From an uncultured Acidobacteriota bacterium (GTDB lineage: Bacteria; Acidobacteriota; Thermoanaerobaculia; Gp7-AA8): a DNA stretch of 64,000 nucleotides. The stretch lies in the NCBI GenBank assembly GCA_963741955.1, contig CAVUKB010000005.1, positions 1,088,001-1,152,000 on the forward strand, in the 5' to 3' direction. Positions 50,535-60,677 of this stretch are shown in pieces. The notes under the pieces were generated by a model that saw nothing but the letters and a program-made list of their open reading frames with translations, did no database searches and was not told the origin of the DNA. How positions within the stretch are numbered: the stretch's first letter is position 1; each line of letters starts with the position of its first letter. A program made the translations under genes and the position numbers.

Positions 50535-51635
50535 ATGCATCGAATCGCGCTCGGCACACTTCTCGCGACCGCGCTGCTGTCGGGCTGCAGACACAATGCT
50601 GCGGAAGAGACGAAGCCGGAGGCGGTCCTGCTCGGCCCGGAAGATACGGCCGTCGCTTCCGTAGAGAGCTTCTCGACCGGTCCCAAATTGACCGGCACGC
50701 TGACGGCCGCAACTCAGGCCGTCATCCGTGCGCAGATCGGCGGCACAGTCACCGACGTCTCCGCGCAACAGGGAGAGAGCGTGCGCGCGGATCAGCTTCT
50801 CGCGCGCATTCAGAATGCCGCGGCTGCCGAAGGGGCACAGTCGGCCACCGCCGCAGTGACCAACGCCCGCAACAACCTGCAGAACGCACTGAACGAGCTT
50901 GGGCGGCAGCGCGAGCTCTACAAAGCCGGAATCGTCTCCAGGCGTGACCTCGACAACGCCGGGCAGAACGTGAGCGCGGCTCGTTCCATGGTCAAGCAGG
51001 CCGAGAGCCAGGCGGCCTCGGCGCAGCAACAGGTCGGATACACCGCCGTCCGTTCCCCGATCCAGGGAGTGGTGAGTGAAAAGGGCGTCTCTACCGGCGA
51101 CGTGGTTCAGCCGGGCTCCGCTCTCTTCACCGTGATCGACCCATCCAGTCTTCAGCTCGAAGCATCGATCCCCACGTCCCAGCTCTCGCAGATCTCGGTC
51201 GGCCAGCCGGTGGAGTTCACCGTCAACGGCTATCCGAACCGCGCCTTCACCGGAAAGATCGCACGCATCAATCCGGTAGCCGATCCTTCCACCCGTGAGG
51301 TGCGCGTCTACGCGGAAGTTCCGAACCGGGAGCGCGTGCTCGTGAGCGGACTCTATGCGGAAGGACGGGTACGCGCCGATTCGCGCAAAGCTCTCGTGAT
51401 TCCCGATTCCGCCATCGACCGCAGCATGCAACAGCCGGCGGTGATGGCGGTGCAGAACGGCCGGGTCACACGCATCGAGGTGAAGCTCGGCGCGAAAGAC
51501 GAAGCAACCGGTCGAGTCGAGATCCTCAATGGAATTCAGCCCGGACAGGTCGTGCTCACCGGCGCGGCACAGGAGCTCACCCCGGGAACCATCGTCCGGA
51601 TCAAACCTTCGCAAGGCACAGCGAGTCCGGCATGA
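50535..51635 (+). CDS. RND efflux periplasmic adaptor (membrane fusion protein)
   Basis: LSGC lipobox; VRSPIQGVV, GDVVQPG, INPVADPSTR. Confidence 0.9.
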   Translation: MHRIALGTLLATALLSGCRHNAAEETKPEAVLLGPEDTAVASVESFSTGPKLTGTLTAATQAVIRAQIGGTVTDVSAQQGESVRADQLLARIQNAAAAEGAQSATAAVTNARNNLQNALNELGRQRELYKAGIVSRRDLDNAGQNVSAARSMVKQAESQAASAQQQVGYTAVRSPIQGVVSEKGVSTGDVVQPGSALFTVIDPSSLQLEASIPTSQLSQISVGQPVEFTVNGYPNRAFTGKIARINPVADPSTREVRVYAEVPNRERVLVSGLYAEGRVRADSRKALVIPDSAIDRSMQQPAVMAVQNGRVTRIEVKLGAKDEATGRVEILNGIQPGQVVLTGAAQELTPGTIVRIKPSQGTASPA

Positions 51636-54600
51636 TCATCTCGGACTCCGCCATTCGCCGGCCGGTCGTCACGATCGTGGCCATGCTCATCCTCGTGGTC
51701 TTCGGACTCTATGCGCTCTCGAAGCTCGAAGTCGACGAGTATCCCGACATCGCCGCACCGGTGGTCTTCGTCGCCGTTCCTTATCCCGGCGCCTCCCCGG
51801 AGCAGGTCGAGCGCGACGTGACGGATCCTCTCGAGGAGCAGTTCAACGCGATTCCGGGAGTGAAGAAGATCACTTCGACCTCCACCGACGGTTTCGCCCA
51901 GATCATCGTCGAGTTCATCTACAGCAAGAATCCCGATCAGGGAGCTCAGGACATCCGCGACGCGATCTCCTCGCAGCGGAACAATCTCCCGACGGAGATG
52001 AAGGAGCCGATCATTCGGAAGTTCGATCCGAATGACCAGCCGATCGTCTCCCTCGTTCTTTCGTCGCCCACGAAAACCCCCGCGGAGTTGACCATGCTCG
52101 CCGATCCGGGCATCACCCGGCAGCTCCAGGGGATCAATGGCGTCGCCGAGGTGCGAGTCCTCGGCAACGTGGACCGTGAGATCTCGATCGAGATCCGTCC
52201 CGACGACCTCGCGGCAAAAGGAGTGAGCGTTGCGCAGGTCGTGCAGGCGGTAGAGGCGCAGAACCTCTCCGCTCCGGTCGGCCGGGTGATCGGTTCGACC
52301 ACGGAAGAATCGATCCGGCTGAAGGGCCGGCTCGAGAACCCCGAGGATTTCTCGCAGGTGGTGATCGCCACGAGGAACGGACAGGTGGTCCGGCTGGGCG
52401 AGGTCGCAGACGTGATCGACGGTCATGCAGAGCAGCGCTCCGCGGCGTACTTCAACGGGAAGCGCGCGGTCGGGATCGACATCACCCGGACCAAGGGAGT
52501 GAGCACGACTCGGGTGTCGGATGCGGTGAAGGCTGCGGTGGCGAAGATCCAGAAGGGACTCCCGGCGGGAGTGAAGCTCGAGGTGGTTCGCGATGCGGGA
52601 GAGCGCGTGCGCCACTCCGTCTCCAATGTCGAAGAGGCCCTGATCGAAGGCGCGCTCCTGACCGTGCTGGTGGTCTTTCTTTTCCTCAACTCGTGGCGGT
52701 CGACGGTGATCACCGGACTCGCCCTCCCGGTCTCGGTGATCTCGGCGTTCATCGCCGTGCTCGCCTTCGGATTCACTCTGAACACCATGTCGCTGCTCGG
52801 GCTCTCACTGGCGATAGGAATCCTCATCGATGATGCGATCGTGGTGCGGGAGAACATCGTGCGTCACGTGGAGATGGGAGAGGACCACGTCACGGCGTCT
52901 CATCGCGGAACGGACGAGATCGGCCTCGCCGTCGCCGCGACGACTTTCTCCATCGTGGCGGTGTTCGTTCCCGTCGCGTTCATGGGAGGGATGGCCGGAC
53001 AATGGTTCAAACCGTTTGCTCTGACCATCGCCTGTGCAGTACTGGTCTCGCTCTTCGTCTCCTTTTCGCTCGATCCGATGCTCTCGGCGTTCTGGCCCGA
53101 CCCCGAGCTGGAAGAGGGAGCGCATCGCAACCCGATCTCGCGAGCGCTCGACCGCTTCAACCGCTGGTTCGACCGGATGGCCGATCGCTACAAGGGAGTG
53201 ATTGCCTGGGCTCTCGACCACCGGCTATTGATGGCGATCATCGTGACCGGATCGTTCATCGGAGCGATCGTCCTGCAGGCGTGGCTCGGCGGTGCAGGGT
53301 TCGTCCCCAGGAGCGACCGGAGTGAATTGAGTGTGTCGTTCAAGACTCTTCCCGGATCGAATCTCCATTACACGTCGCTCAAGGCGGCGGAGATCGCGGC
53401 GACGATCCGGCGGCATCCGGAGGTGGACTACACGTACACCACGATCGGAGGAAGTGAGACGAGCGGCGCCGGCGTCGACGAAGGGAGCGTCTACGTCCGT
53501 CTGGTGCCGAAGGCCGACCGTGCGATGTCCCAGAGCGAGATCTCGAATCGCATCCGGGAGGAGGTCGACAGAATCGGCGGCGTCGAAACGTCCATCGGCA
53601 ACGGAGGCCCGGGAGGCGGCGGCAAGCAGATTCAGGTCGAGATCCGCGGCAACGACCTCGCCACTCTGCAGCGCGTCGCGCAACGGGTCGAGGGAATCGC
53701 GTCGAGGGTTCCGGGCGCGAAGGACGTAGACCTCTCCACGCGCGGACAGAAACCGGAGATCGTGATCGACGTGAACCGCGGACTCGCCGGATCGCTCGGG
53801 GTCAACGTCGCGGAGATCGCGCAGTCGCTGCGGCCGGCGTTCGCCGGAGTGAAGGCAGGCGACTGGGTCGACCCGAATGGTGAGACCCGTGACGTGACCG
53901 TGCGACTCGTCTCCGGAGCCCGGACCAGTCCCACCGATCTCGCCGAGCTACCTCTGACGGTCCAGCGCGCGCCGGCGGCCCCCGCCACCGCGGGCCCCGG
54001 AAGTGCGGGCATCGGCAGCGCGGCAGCTTTCCCTTCCACCCTCCCGCTCGGGCAGATCGCCGAGATCCACACCGCGCTCGGTCCTTCGCAGATCGATCAC
54101 CTCGATCGTGAGAAGGTGATCACGGTCGGCGCGAACGTCACCGGGCAGTCGCTCTCCGAGGTCTCGCGCGCGATCAACTCACGCGTGTCGAAGCTCACGC
54201 TGCCGGCCGGCGTGTCGGTCGGACAGGGAGGCGAGGTCGAAAGCCAGGGTGAAGTCTTCAGCGGGATCTTCAAGGCTCTCGCGCTCGCGATTCTCCTGAT
54301 GTACTTCATCCTGGTGATCCAGTTCGGTTCGTTCCTCGATCCGGTCGCGATCCTGATCTCCCTCCCTCTCTCGCTGATCGGTGTCGTCCTCGCACTCCTC
54401 GTCACTGCAGATACGCTGAACATCATGAGTCTGATCGGGGTGATGCTGCTGATGGGAATCGTGACCAAGAACGCGATTCTCCTGATCGACTTCGCGAAAT
54501 GGCGCCACCAGAGCGGCATGCCGCTCCGCGAAGCACTGATCGAAGCGGGACGGGTCCGGCTTCGCCCGATTCTGATGACCACACTCGCGCTGATCGCCGG

Positions 54601-54862
54601 CATGATCCCGGTCGCCCTCGGGATCGGCGAAGGCGCGGATTTCCGCGCCCCTCTCGGCCGGGCCGTGATCGGGGGCGTGATCACGTCGACACTCCTGACG
54701 CTCCTGGTCATCCCCACCATCTACGAGGTCCTTTCGGAGTGGAGAGAAAAGTTCACCGCGCGCTTCCACCGCCACCCTGAGCCGGAGCCCGCGCAGGCGG
54801 TTCCCGCAATCCAGTTCACGCACGAGCGGAGGAAGCGTGAGCGCCGTCGCGGACAGCGCTGA
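51632..54862 (+). CDS. RND efflux permease (AcrB/HAE1-type)
   Basis: 1076 aa; IGILIDDAIVVREN, VTKNAILLIDF, RLRPILMT. Confidence 0.95.
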   Translation: MIISDSAIRRPVVTIVAMLILVVFGLYALSKLEVDEYPDIAAPVVFVAVPYPGASPEQVERDVTDPLEEQFNAIPGVKKITSTSTDGFAQIIVEFIYSKNPDQGAQDIRDAISSQRNNLPTEMKEPIIRKFDPNDQPIVSLVLSSPTKTPAELTMLADPGITRQLQGINGVAEVRVLGNVDREISIEIRPDDLAAKGVSVAQVVQAVEAQNLSAPVGRVIGSTTEESIRLKGRLENPEDFSQVVIATRNGQVVRLGEVADVIDGHAEQRSAAYFNGKRAVGIDITRTKGVSTTRVSDAVKAAVAKIQKGLPAGVKLEVVRDAGERVRHSVSNVEEALIEGALLTVLVVFLFLNSWRSTVITGLALPVSVISAFIAVLAFGFTLNTMSLLGLSLAIGILIDDAIVVRENIVRHVEMGEDHVTASHRGTDEIGLAVAATTFSIVAVFVPVAFMGGMAGQWFKPFALTIACAVLVSLFVSFSLDPMLSAFWPDPELEEGAHRNPISRALDRFNRWFDRMADRYKGVIAWALDHRLLMAIIVTGSFIGAIVLQAWLGGAGFVPRSDRSELSVSFKTLPGSNLHYTSLKAAEIAATIRRHPEVDYTYTTIGGSETSGAGVDEGSVYVRLVPKADRAMSQSEISNRIREEVDRIGGVETSIGNGGPGGGGKQIQVEIRGNDLATLQRVAQRVEGIASRVPGAKDVDLSTRGQKPEIVIDVNRGLAGSLGVNVAEIAQSLRPAFAGVKAGDWVDPNGETRDVTVRLVSGARTSPTDLAELPLTVQRAPAAPATAGPGSAGIGSAAAFPSTLPLGQIAEIHTALGPSQIDHLDREKVITVGANVTGQSLSEVSRAINSRVSKLTLPAGVSVGQGGEVESQGEVFSGIFKALALAILLMYFILVIQFGSFLDPVAILISLPLSLIGVVLALLVTADTLNIMSLIGVMLLMGIVTKNAILLIDFAKWRHQSGMPLREALIEAGRVRLRPILMTTLALIAGMIPVALGIGEGADFRAPLGRAVIGGVITSTLLTLLVIPTIYEVLSEWREKFTARFHRHPEPEPAQAVPAIQFTHERRKRERRRGQR

Positions 54863-54879
54863 CAGCGCTGACGTCAATA

Positions 54880-55086
54880 CGGATTCGTCACGCCGCCTCG
54901 TCGCGAGGAGATGGAGAGTCGCCTGAATCAAAGGCCCGCGCAGCTTCGGCGACGAGGCCGCAGTGGTGACCATGTCGAGGAGCGGATGACAGCCTCGATC
55001 GTTCACGGGGCTTCCACTGCGCGAAATCCCGCGAACACTCCGGTCCAGGAAGCTTGCGCGGCAGAGACGGCGTGAGAAATCGGGGG
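54880..55086. mobile_element. Diverged copy of the MITE-like element at 191-371
   Basis: Shares CTCGTCGCGAGGAG, GCTTCGGC, AGTGGTGAC.ATGTCGAGGAGC and GG.GTGAGAAAT. Confidence 0.55.
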
Positions 55087-55145
55087 CAAAGCAGGTTCTT
55101 CCTTGACGCGTGCGCCCACCGCGAAGAGAATCCAATGAAATCTCT

Positions 55146-55427
55146 GTGAATACGGCCACTATCTCTCCACGTCTTTGCATCCATCATCCGGATCGACCGG
55201 CACAGGCCCGGTGTATGCGGTGCGGGAGCTCCATCTGTCAGGAGTGTGCGACGCAATGGGAGGGAATCAACTACTGCGCTTCATGTCTCGGTGAGATTCG
55301 CCATCCGTCCGCAGGGAATTCCTCCGCGCGAGGATGGATCGCGCTGTCACTCACCGGTCTCCTTCTCTTCGCAGCCCTCCTCTGGCTCCGCGTCTGGATG
55401 GGCGTACTCGTGGCGGCACTCCGGTGA
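55146..55427 (+). CDS. Small B-box-like Zn-finger membrane protein
   Basis: CIHHPDRPAQARCMRCGSSICQEC...YCASC plus a C-terminal TM segment; start uncertain. Confidence 0.75.
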   Translation: MNTATISPRLCIHHPDRPAQARCMRCGSSICQECATQWEGINYCASCLGEIRHPSAGNSSARGWIALSLTGLLLFAALLWLRVWMGVLVAALR

Positions 55428-56263
55428 GCGATCGCTCCCACTCCACGTCGTCCGTGCTCAATGATGCAGCGGTTCTGGTCCGGAGGATCGCCGCTCCATG
55501 GGCGGCAGTCGTTACCCTGACCTCTCTTCCTGCCGTAGTGCTCTGGATCCTCTTCTGGAGTGAACTTTTCGAGCTTGGCTCCGACGCTTCGCACTACACC
55601 GGATCTCTCCTGAAGCTCTCAGCGGCACTCGGCGCAGCCGCACTGCTGCAGTCGTGGGGGCGAATGGTGTTCGTCCATGCCTGCAGAGTGAGTCGCGACG
55701 AGGAGCGCATCGCTGGCTACGCCGCCTTTCGCCTTCCCCTTGCGGGGACTTTCGATTACCTCGTCCTCGCGTTGCTCATCGAGCTCGCTCAGTACGCCCT
55801 CCTTCCGGCCGTCGTGACGATCCCCATCCTGGCGATCTTCTCCGGCCTCGCAGCCGGCGCCTCGACGCTGTTCAAAGAGCCCGGACTGATTCGTTCTTTG
55901 CGCCTCCTCGCACGCTTCACGGCGAAGAGCCGGATCATTGCCGCAGCGAGCGCCGTGCTCGCGCTCGGAATCCTTCTCTGCTGGATCAACCTCTTCGTCT
56001 TCTCGAGAGCCGCAATCTCCCTCGCTGCCACGGTCGGACTGATCGATCGCGCCTCCTGGGCGGCGGTATTCAGCCCCTCCAATCCTTTCCTTCTGATGGT
56101 GCTGTTCGGAGCGAGTCTCCTCGCGGTTCAACCGTTCTGGCTGGCCGCGAACGTGGTTCATGTCGACCAGCTTCGCGATGCGGAGAGCGGCGATGATCTT
56201 CGAGTCTGGTTTCGCGAGATCTCCCGCGAGATCGACCAGACCTCCAGGGAGATCGCATCGTGA
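55424..56263 (+). CDS. Multi-pass membrane protein
   Basis: Several hydrophobic segments; GTGA overlaps at both ends. Confidence 0.75.
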   Translation: MSDRSHSTSSVLNDAAVLVRRIAAPWAAVVTLTSLPAVVLWILFWSELFELGSDASHYTGSLLKLSAALGAAALLQSWGRMVFVHACRVSRDEERIAGYAAFRLPLAGTFDYLVLALLIELAQYALLPAVVTIPILAIFSGLAAGASTLFKEPGLIRSLRLLARFTAKSRIIAAASAVLALGILLCWINLFVFSRAAISLAATVGLIDRASWAAVFSPSNPFLLMVLFGASLLAVQPFWLAANVVHVDQLRDAESGDDLRVWFREISREIDQTSREIAS

Positions 56264-57297
56264 AACGGATCGCGATCGTCCTCACGATGGTGTTCGTCAC
56301 CGGGATGGCGGCCACGCTCCAGGCGGCGATGCCGCTCGAACAGTACGTCACGGCTCTTCAGCAGATCCGCTCCGCTCTCCTTGCGGGGAATATCGAAGCG
56401 GCGCAGAAGACCGCGAGATCGATCCGCAACCGCAGAGTTGCTGCAGTCCGCGGCGAGTTCGCCGCCGACGAATCGCTGCTCCAGCCTCTGTTCGCCGAGC
56501 GACCGAAGGTATCGATGATCGTCCGCAGGATCGAGACGACGGTCGATGCTCTCACCGCGGCGGAGCCGCCGGCAACGGTCGTCATCGATCCGCAGCTTCT
56601 CTCGCGGATCCGCGCGGAAGATGCGTCGAGAGATCCACGAGCCGGCGGTCCGGAAATGCCTCGACCGGCGCTCGATCAGAAGTCTTCTCTCGAACACCTC
56701 GGAGAGCGGCTCGCCGCTCTCTGGGACGAGGTCACTGATCTCCTGGAGAGATTCTTCCGCTGGATTGCGCGCCTCTGGCCCCATCGGCAATCCACCGATT
56801 CCACGGCGGATGAAGGGTTTCCCTGGATCGTCGCTGCGGTCGTCGGCCTGATCCTGATCGCGATTCTCACCCTCGCGATCGGAGCGTGGCGGCGCGTCGG
56901 TCGCACCGCAGGAGAGATCATCGATTCCGATCCACTGCCGGCGGGGGCCCATGATGACGATCCGATGTCGAGAGAAGCGAACGAGTGGGAGCGCTATGCC
57001 GACGAGCTGGCGGGAAAACGACGTTTTCGCGAGGCGATTCGCGCCTGGTATCACGCCATTCTCGTCGCGCAGTGCCGCGCAGGGCTCCTCACCTACCGCA
57101 AGGGACGGACGAATTGGGAGTACGTCGCAGCTCTCTCTCACACCGTGCCGTGGCGTACTTCGTTCGCCGAAATGACCCGCGACTTCGAGCACGAGTGGTA
57201 CGGACAAACCGAGAGCGAGGAACACGTGCTCGAAACGTATGGGCGTGAGGCTCGGAGCCTGCTGCGCGCTCTCCGCAGTCGGACGGAGGCGGCATGA
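56260..57297 (+). CDS. DUF4129 domain membrane protein
   Basis: FREAIRAWY...RTNWEYV...FEHEWYG. Confidence 0.8.
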   Translation: MKRIAIVLTMVFVTGMAATLQAAMPLEQYVTALQQIRSALLAGNIEAAQKTARSIRNRRVAAVRGEFAADESLLQPLFAERPKVSMIVRRIETTVDALTAAEPPATVVIDPQLLSRIRAEDASRDPRAGGPEMPRPALDQKSSLEHLGERLAALWDEVTDLLERFFRWIARLWPHRQSTDSTADEGFPWIVAAVVGLILIAILTLAIGAWRRVGRTAGEIIDSDPLPAGAHDDDPMSREANEWERYADELAGKRRFREAIRAWYHAILVAQCRAGLLTYRKGRTNWEYVAALSHTVPWRTSFAEMTRDFEHEWYGQTESEEHVLETYGREARSLLRALRSRTEAA

Positions 57298-58427
57298 TCC
57301 GGCACCGCTGGCTGATCCTCGTGACGACCGGAGCGTTGACGCTTCTCCTGCTGGTCGTCCTGATCTGGACGCGCTCGCCGTTGCGCGAAGGATTCGGACC
57401 CGGCTCCTCGATGAGCCGTTCGCCGGATGGGCTCTCCCAGGCGGCAGCGTATCTCCGGCGGAGCGGATCGCAGGTCGGCATGCTCAGTCAGCCCATCGAT
57501 CCGATCTGGATCGAGCCGGATGCGGTGGTGCTGCGAATTCTTCCCGCGGTGAACCAGCTGCTGCAGCGGGACCCGGCCGGGGGTGACGAGCCGGTGACCG
57601 CGCCCGGTGTCATCCTCACCGCTGCCGAGAACGCATGGGTCGCACGGGGCGGACGACTGATTCTCGGAATCGCGCAGGACTATGGAGCGGTCGCGGTGCG
57701 CGGGCTCTCCTCGCCAGCGCCGGTCATCCGCTCGTTTCCGCTCTGGCCGTCGGTGCACGGCGTCGAACCTGCTCCACAGGGTTACCTGGACGGGTCGGGG
57801 CTCGCGCGTACCCACACGATCCTCCTCTCCGACGGACATCCGGTCCTGGTGCGGGCTCCCCTCGGCCGCGGTGATGTGATCCTCTTCTCACTACCCGAGG
57901 CATTCGAGAATCAGCACCTGGCGAAGGCGGACAATCTGGCTCTTCTGGTCGAGCTCACCGGAGGACGGCCGGTCTATTTCGACGAATTCGCCCACGGCGT
58001 CTCGGCTGGAAACGGCATTGCCGAGCTTCTGACCGTCTGGAATCTCGGGCCGCTCCTCGTCCTCCTCGTCATCGCCGCGATCCTGAGTGCATGGCGGAGG
58101 GGAACGCGTATCGGGCGTCCCGACGACCGGACGCGTGATTCACGCTCCGAAGCCGTCGACATGGTCGACTCCCTCGCGATTCTCTACGATCGCGCACTTC
58201 GCCACGACGAGGCTCTGGTTCTTTACAGGCGGCATCTCGAACACACCATTTCGATCCGAACCGGCGCTCGAGGATCCGAGCTCGCGGATCGGGTGGCCAG
58301 ACTGACCGATGGTGAGCAGGTGACAGCAGGCCGCAGCGGCCCTGATATGAGCAGCTCTCGTTTTCACCAGCTTCTTGCTCTACTGAATAGCGCTTTCCGG
58401 AGGATTGAGGATGCAAAACGTCGCTGA
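57294..58427 (+). CDS. DUF4350 domain protein
   Basis: SPDG...WVARGGRLIL...FENQHL..ADN...VYFDEFAHG. Confidence 0.8.
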   Translation: MIRHRWLILVTTGALTLLLLVVLIWTRSPLREGFGPGSSMSRSPDGLSQAAAYLRRSGSQVGMLSQPIDPIWIEPDAVVLRILPAVNQLLQRDPAGGDEPVTAPGVILTAAENAWVARGGRLILGIAQDYGAVAVRGLSSPAPVIRSFPLWPSVHGVEPAPQGYLDGSGLARTHTILLSDGHPVLVRAPLGRGDVILFSLPEAFENQHLAKADNLALLVELTGGRPVYFDEFAHGVSAGNGIAELLTVWNLGPLLVLLVIAAILSAWRRGTRIGRPDDRTRDSRSEAVDMVDSLAILYDRALRHDEALVLYRRHLEHTISIRTGARGSELADRVARLTDGEQVTAGRSGPDMSSSRFHQLLALLNSAFRRIEDAKRR

Positions 58428-59373
58428 GATCGCGCACCGTTTCCAGGCACTTCGAGAGCAGCTCGACCGGGTGATTCTCGGCCAGGAGAAGGTGAAGGAA
58501 CAGATGATCGTCTGTCTCCTCGCGGGAGGCCATGCCCTCCTGGAAGGTGTTCCCGGAACGGGAAAGACGCTTCTGGCTCTGACGCTCTCCAGACTCGTCT
58601 CCTGCAGATTCCGGAGGATTCAGTTCACTCCCGACCTGATGCCGGCCGATCTTCTGGGAGCGAACATCTTCAACCAGAAGAGCCAGGAGTTCGTCTTCCG
58701 TGCCGGCCCAATCTTCACCGACATCCTGCTGGCGGACGAGATCAACCGGACACCTCCCCGGACGCAGGCGGCGCTGCTCGAGTCGATGCAGGAGAACGCC
58801 GTCACGCTCGACGGAGTGAGGCGCCGCATCTCCCCGGTCTTCACGGTCCTCGCCACTCAGAACCCGGTGGAGTTCGAAGGGACGTACCCTCTTCCCGAGG
58901 CACAGCGGGACCGATTTCTGCTGAAGATCAACATCGACTATCCCGCGAGGGATGACGAGGCGGGGATGCTGTCGGCTTACGCCACGGGGAGGCGACTTCA
59001 CGATGATGTGGTCGGATCGCTCGAACCGGTGATGAGCGGACCCGAACTGCTCCAGGCGCGTCAGTTGGTCGGCCATTCGGTGCGCGCCGAGAACGAAGTG
59101 CAGCGCTACATCCTGCAGATCGTTGGAAGCACTCGGGAGGACGACTCGGTGCAGATCGGAGCCGGACCGCGCGCTTCGCTCGCCCTTCTGGAGAGCTCCC
59201 GCGCCCTCGCGGTTCTGCGCGGTCGCGATTTCGTGATTCCGGACGACGTCAAGGAAATGGCTCCGGCGGTGCTTGCGCATCGGATCACCCTCACTCCCGA
59301 GGCCGAAATGGAAGGCCTGACCCTGGAGGACGTCGTCGGCCGGATCTTCGAAATGGTGGAGGTGCCACGCTGA
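58411..59373 (+). CDS. moxR: MoxR family AAA+ ATPase
   Basis: GHALLEGVPGTGKT, RIQFTPDLMPAD, LLADEINR, ATQNPVEFEGTYPLPEAQ.DRF. Confidence 0.95.
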   Translation: MQNVAEIAHRFQALREQLDRVILGQEKVKEQMIVCLLAGGHALLEGVPGTGKTLLALTLSRLVSCRFRRIQFTPDLMPADLLGANIFNQKSQEFVFRAGPIFTDILLADEINRTPPRTQAALLESMQENAVTLDGVRRRISPVFTVLATQNPVEFEGTYPLPEAQRDRFLLKINIDYPARDDEAGMLSAYATGRRLHDDVVGSLEPVMSGPELLQARQLVGHSVRAENEVQRYILQIVGSTREDDSVQIGAGPRASLALLESSRALAVLRGRDFVIPDDVKEMAPAVLAHRITLTPEAEMEGLTLEDVVGRIFEMVEVPR

Positions 59374-59393
59374 TCCGTCCCGGCGAGCGGCTG

Positions 59394-60677
59394 GTGCCGC
59401 TCCTGCTGATCGTCGCTGCGGCTTCGCTCGGAGTTCCGCTTCTGCCGGAGCTCGTCTGGCCCCTCGCTGCGGTGCTGCTCGGATTGGTCTTCGCCGCCGC
59501 AGGAGAAGCGACCGTGCTCTCGCGCGTCCGACTGGTTGCCGAGAGGCCGAAGTCCGTGGTGCTCCTGCTCGGGCAACCCGAGACGGTGACGCTGGAGGTC
59601 CGCGGCAGCGGAGCTCGATCGCTCCGTCTGGTGGTCCGCCAGCGCTGGCCGAGACTCCTGCTCGAGAGCTCGACCCGACGGCTGGCGATCTGCCGTCCGA
59701 AAGAAGTTCTGAGCGTTCATTTCCAGGTGCAGGGAGTGCAGCGAGGTTCCGCCCGCATCGAGCGACCGGTGATCGCCTCGACGATCTGGAATCTCGTCGA
59801 ACGGATCACCGAAGTCGGCGACGAGACGGAGCTGAGCGTGATCCCGAATCTCCGGGAAGTTGGAAGACTCCATGCGCGCTTCAATCAGCTCGTCCTTCGC
59901 GGTCTCGGTAGCAGGACCTCGGCCCGCCTCGGCAAGGGGCGGGAGTTCGACCGACTGCGCGATTACGTGCAGGATGACGATCACCGCGACATCGCCTGGA
60001 AAGCGTCGGCCCGGCACGGACGGCTCATCGTGCGGGAGTTCCGGCTGGACCGCTCCCAGGAGATTCTTCTCTGCGTCGATCGCGGTCACCGGATGGCGGC
60101 TCGGGTGGGGCATCTCTCGCGACTCGACCACGCCATCCAGGCGGCCCTGCTGATGGCGTACAGCGGAAACCGGATGGAAGACCGGGTCGGCGTCCTCTCG
60201 TTCGCGGAGGTGGTCGAACAGGGAGTGGCGCCCGGACGCGGCGGAGCACACCTCCGCAGGCTGACCGAATTCACCACCCGCATGGATGCCGCCTACCGTC
60301 ACACCGATTACCTCGCGCTCGCCGCACACCTGCGCCGGCGTCTGCGCCACCGGACGCTGATCATGCTGCTGACGTCTCTTCCGGTCGAGCAGCATCAGAA
60401 CGAGCTCGTACAGGCCGCTGCGATCCTCTCCTCACAGCATCTGATGATCACCATGGCCATGTCCGACCCGGCGCTCGAAGCGGTGGCGGCGATCGAGCCG
60501 TGCGACAGGAAGAGCCTCTGCCGGAATCTCGTCGCGCGCGACATTCTTTTCCGGCAACGAATGCTGATTCGTGAGCTTCGCGGCCGTGGAACGATGGTCG
60601 TCGAGACCACTCCCACGGACGTGGGACTCGACGCAGTGAACGCCTACATCGACGTGAAGAGGAGGCAACTCCTGTGA
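59394..60677 (+). CDS. DUF58 (VWA-associated) protein
   Basis: GREFDRLRDY..DDDHRDIAWKASAR; the true start may be slightly upstream (~59370). Confidence 0.88.
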   Translation: MPLLLIVAAASLGVPLLPELVWPLAAVLLGLVFAAAGEATVLSRVRLVAERPKSVVLLLGQPETVTLEVRGSGARSLRLVVRQRWPRLLLESSTRRLAICRPKEVLSVHFQVQGVQRGSARIERPVIASTIWNLVERITEVGDETELSVIPNLREVGRLHARFNQLVLRGLGSRTSARLGKGREFDRLRDYVQDDDHRDIAWKASARHGRLIVREFRLDRSQEILLCVDRGHRMAARVGHLSRLDHAIQAALLMAYSGNRMEDRVGVLSFAEVVEQGVAPGRGGAHLRRLTEFTTRMDAAYRHTDYLALAAHLRRRLRHRTLIMLLTSLPVEQHQNELVQAAAILSSQHLMITMAMSDPALEAVAAIEPCDRKSLCRNLVARDILFRQRMLIRELRGRGTMVVETTPTDVGLDAVNAYIDVKRRQLL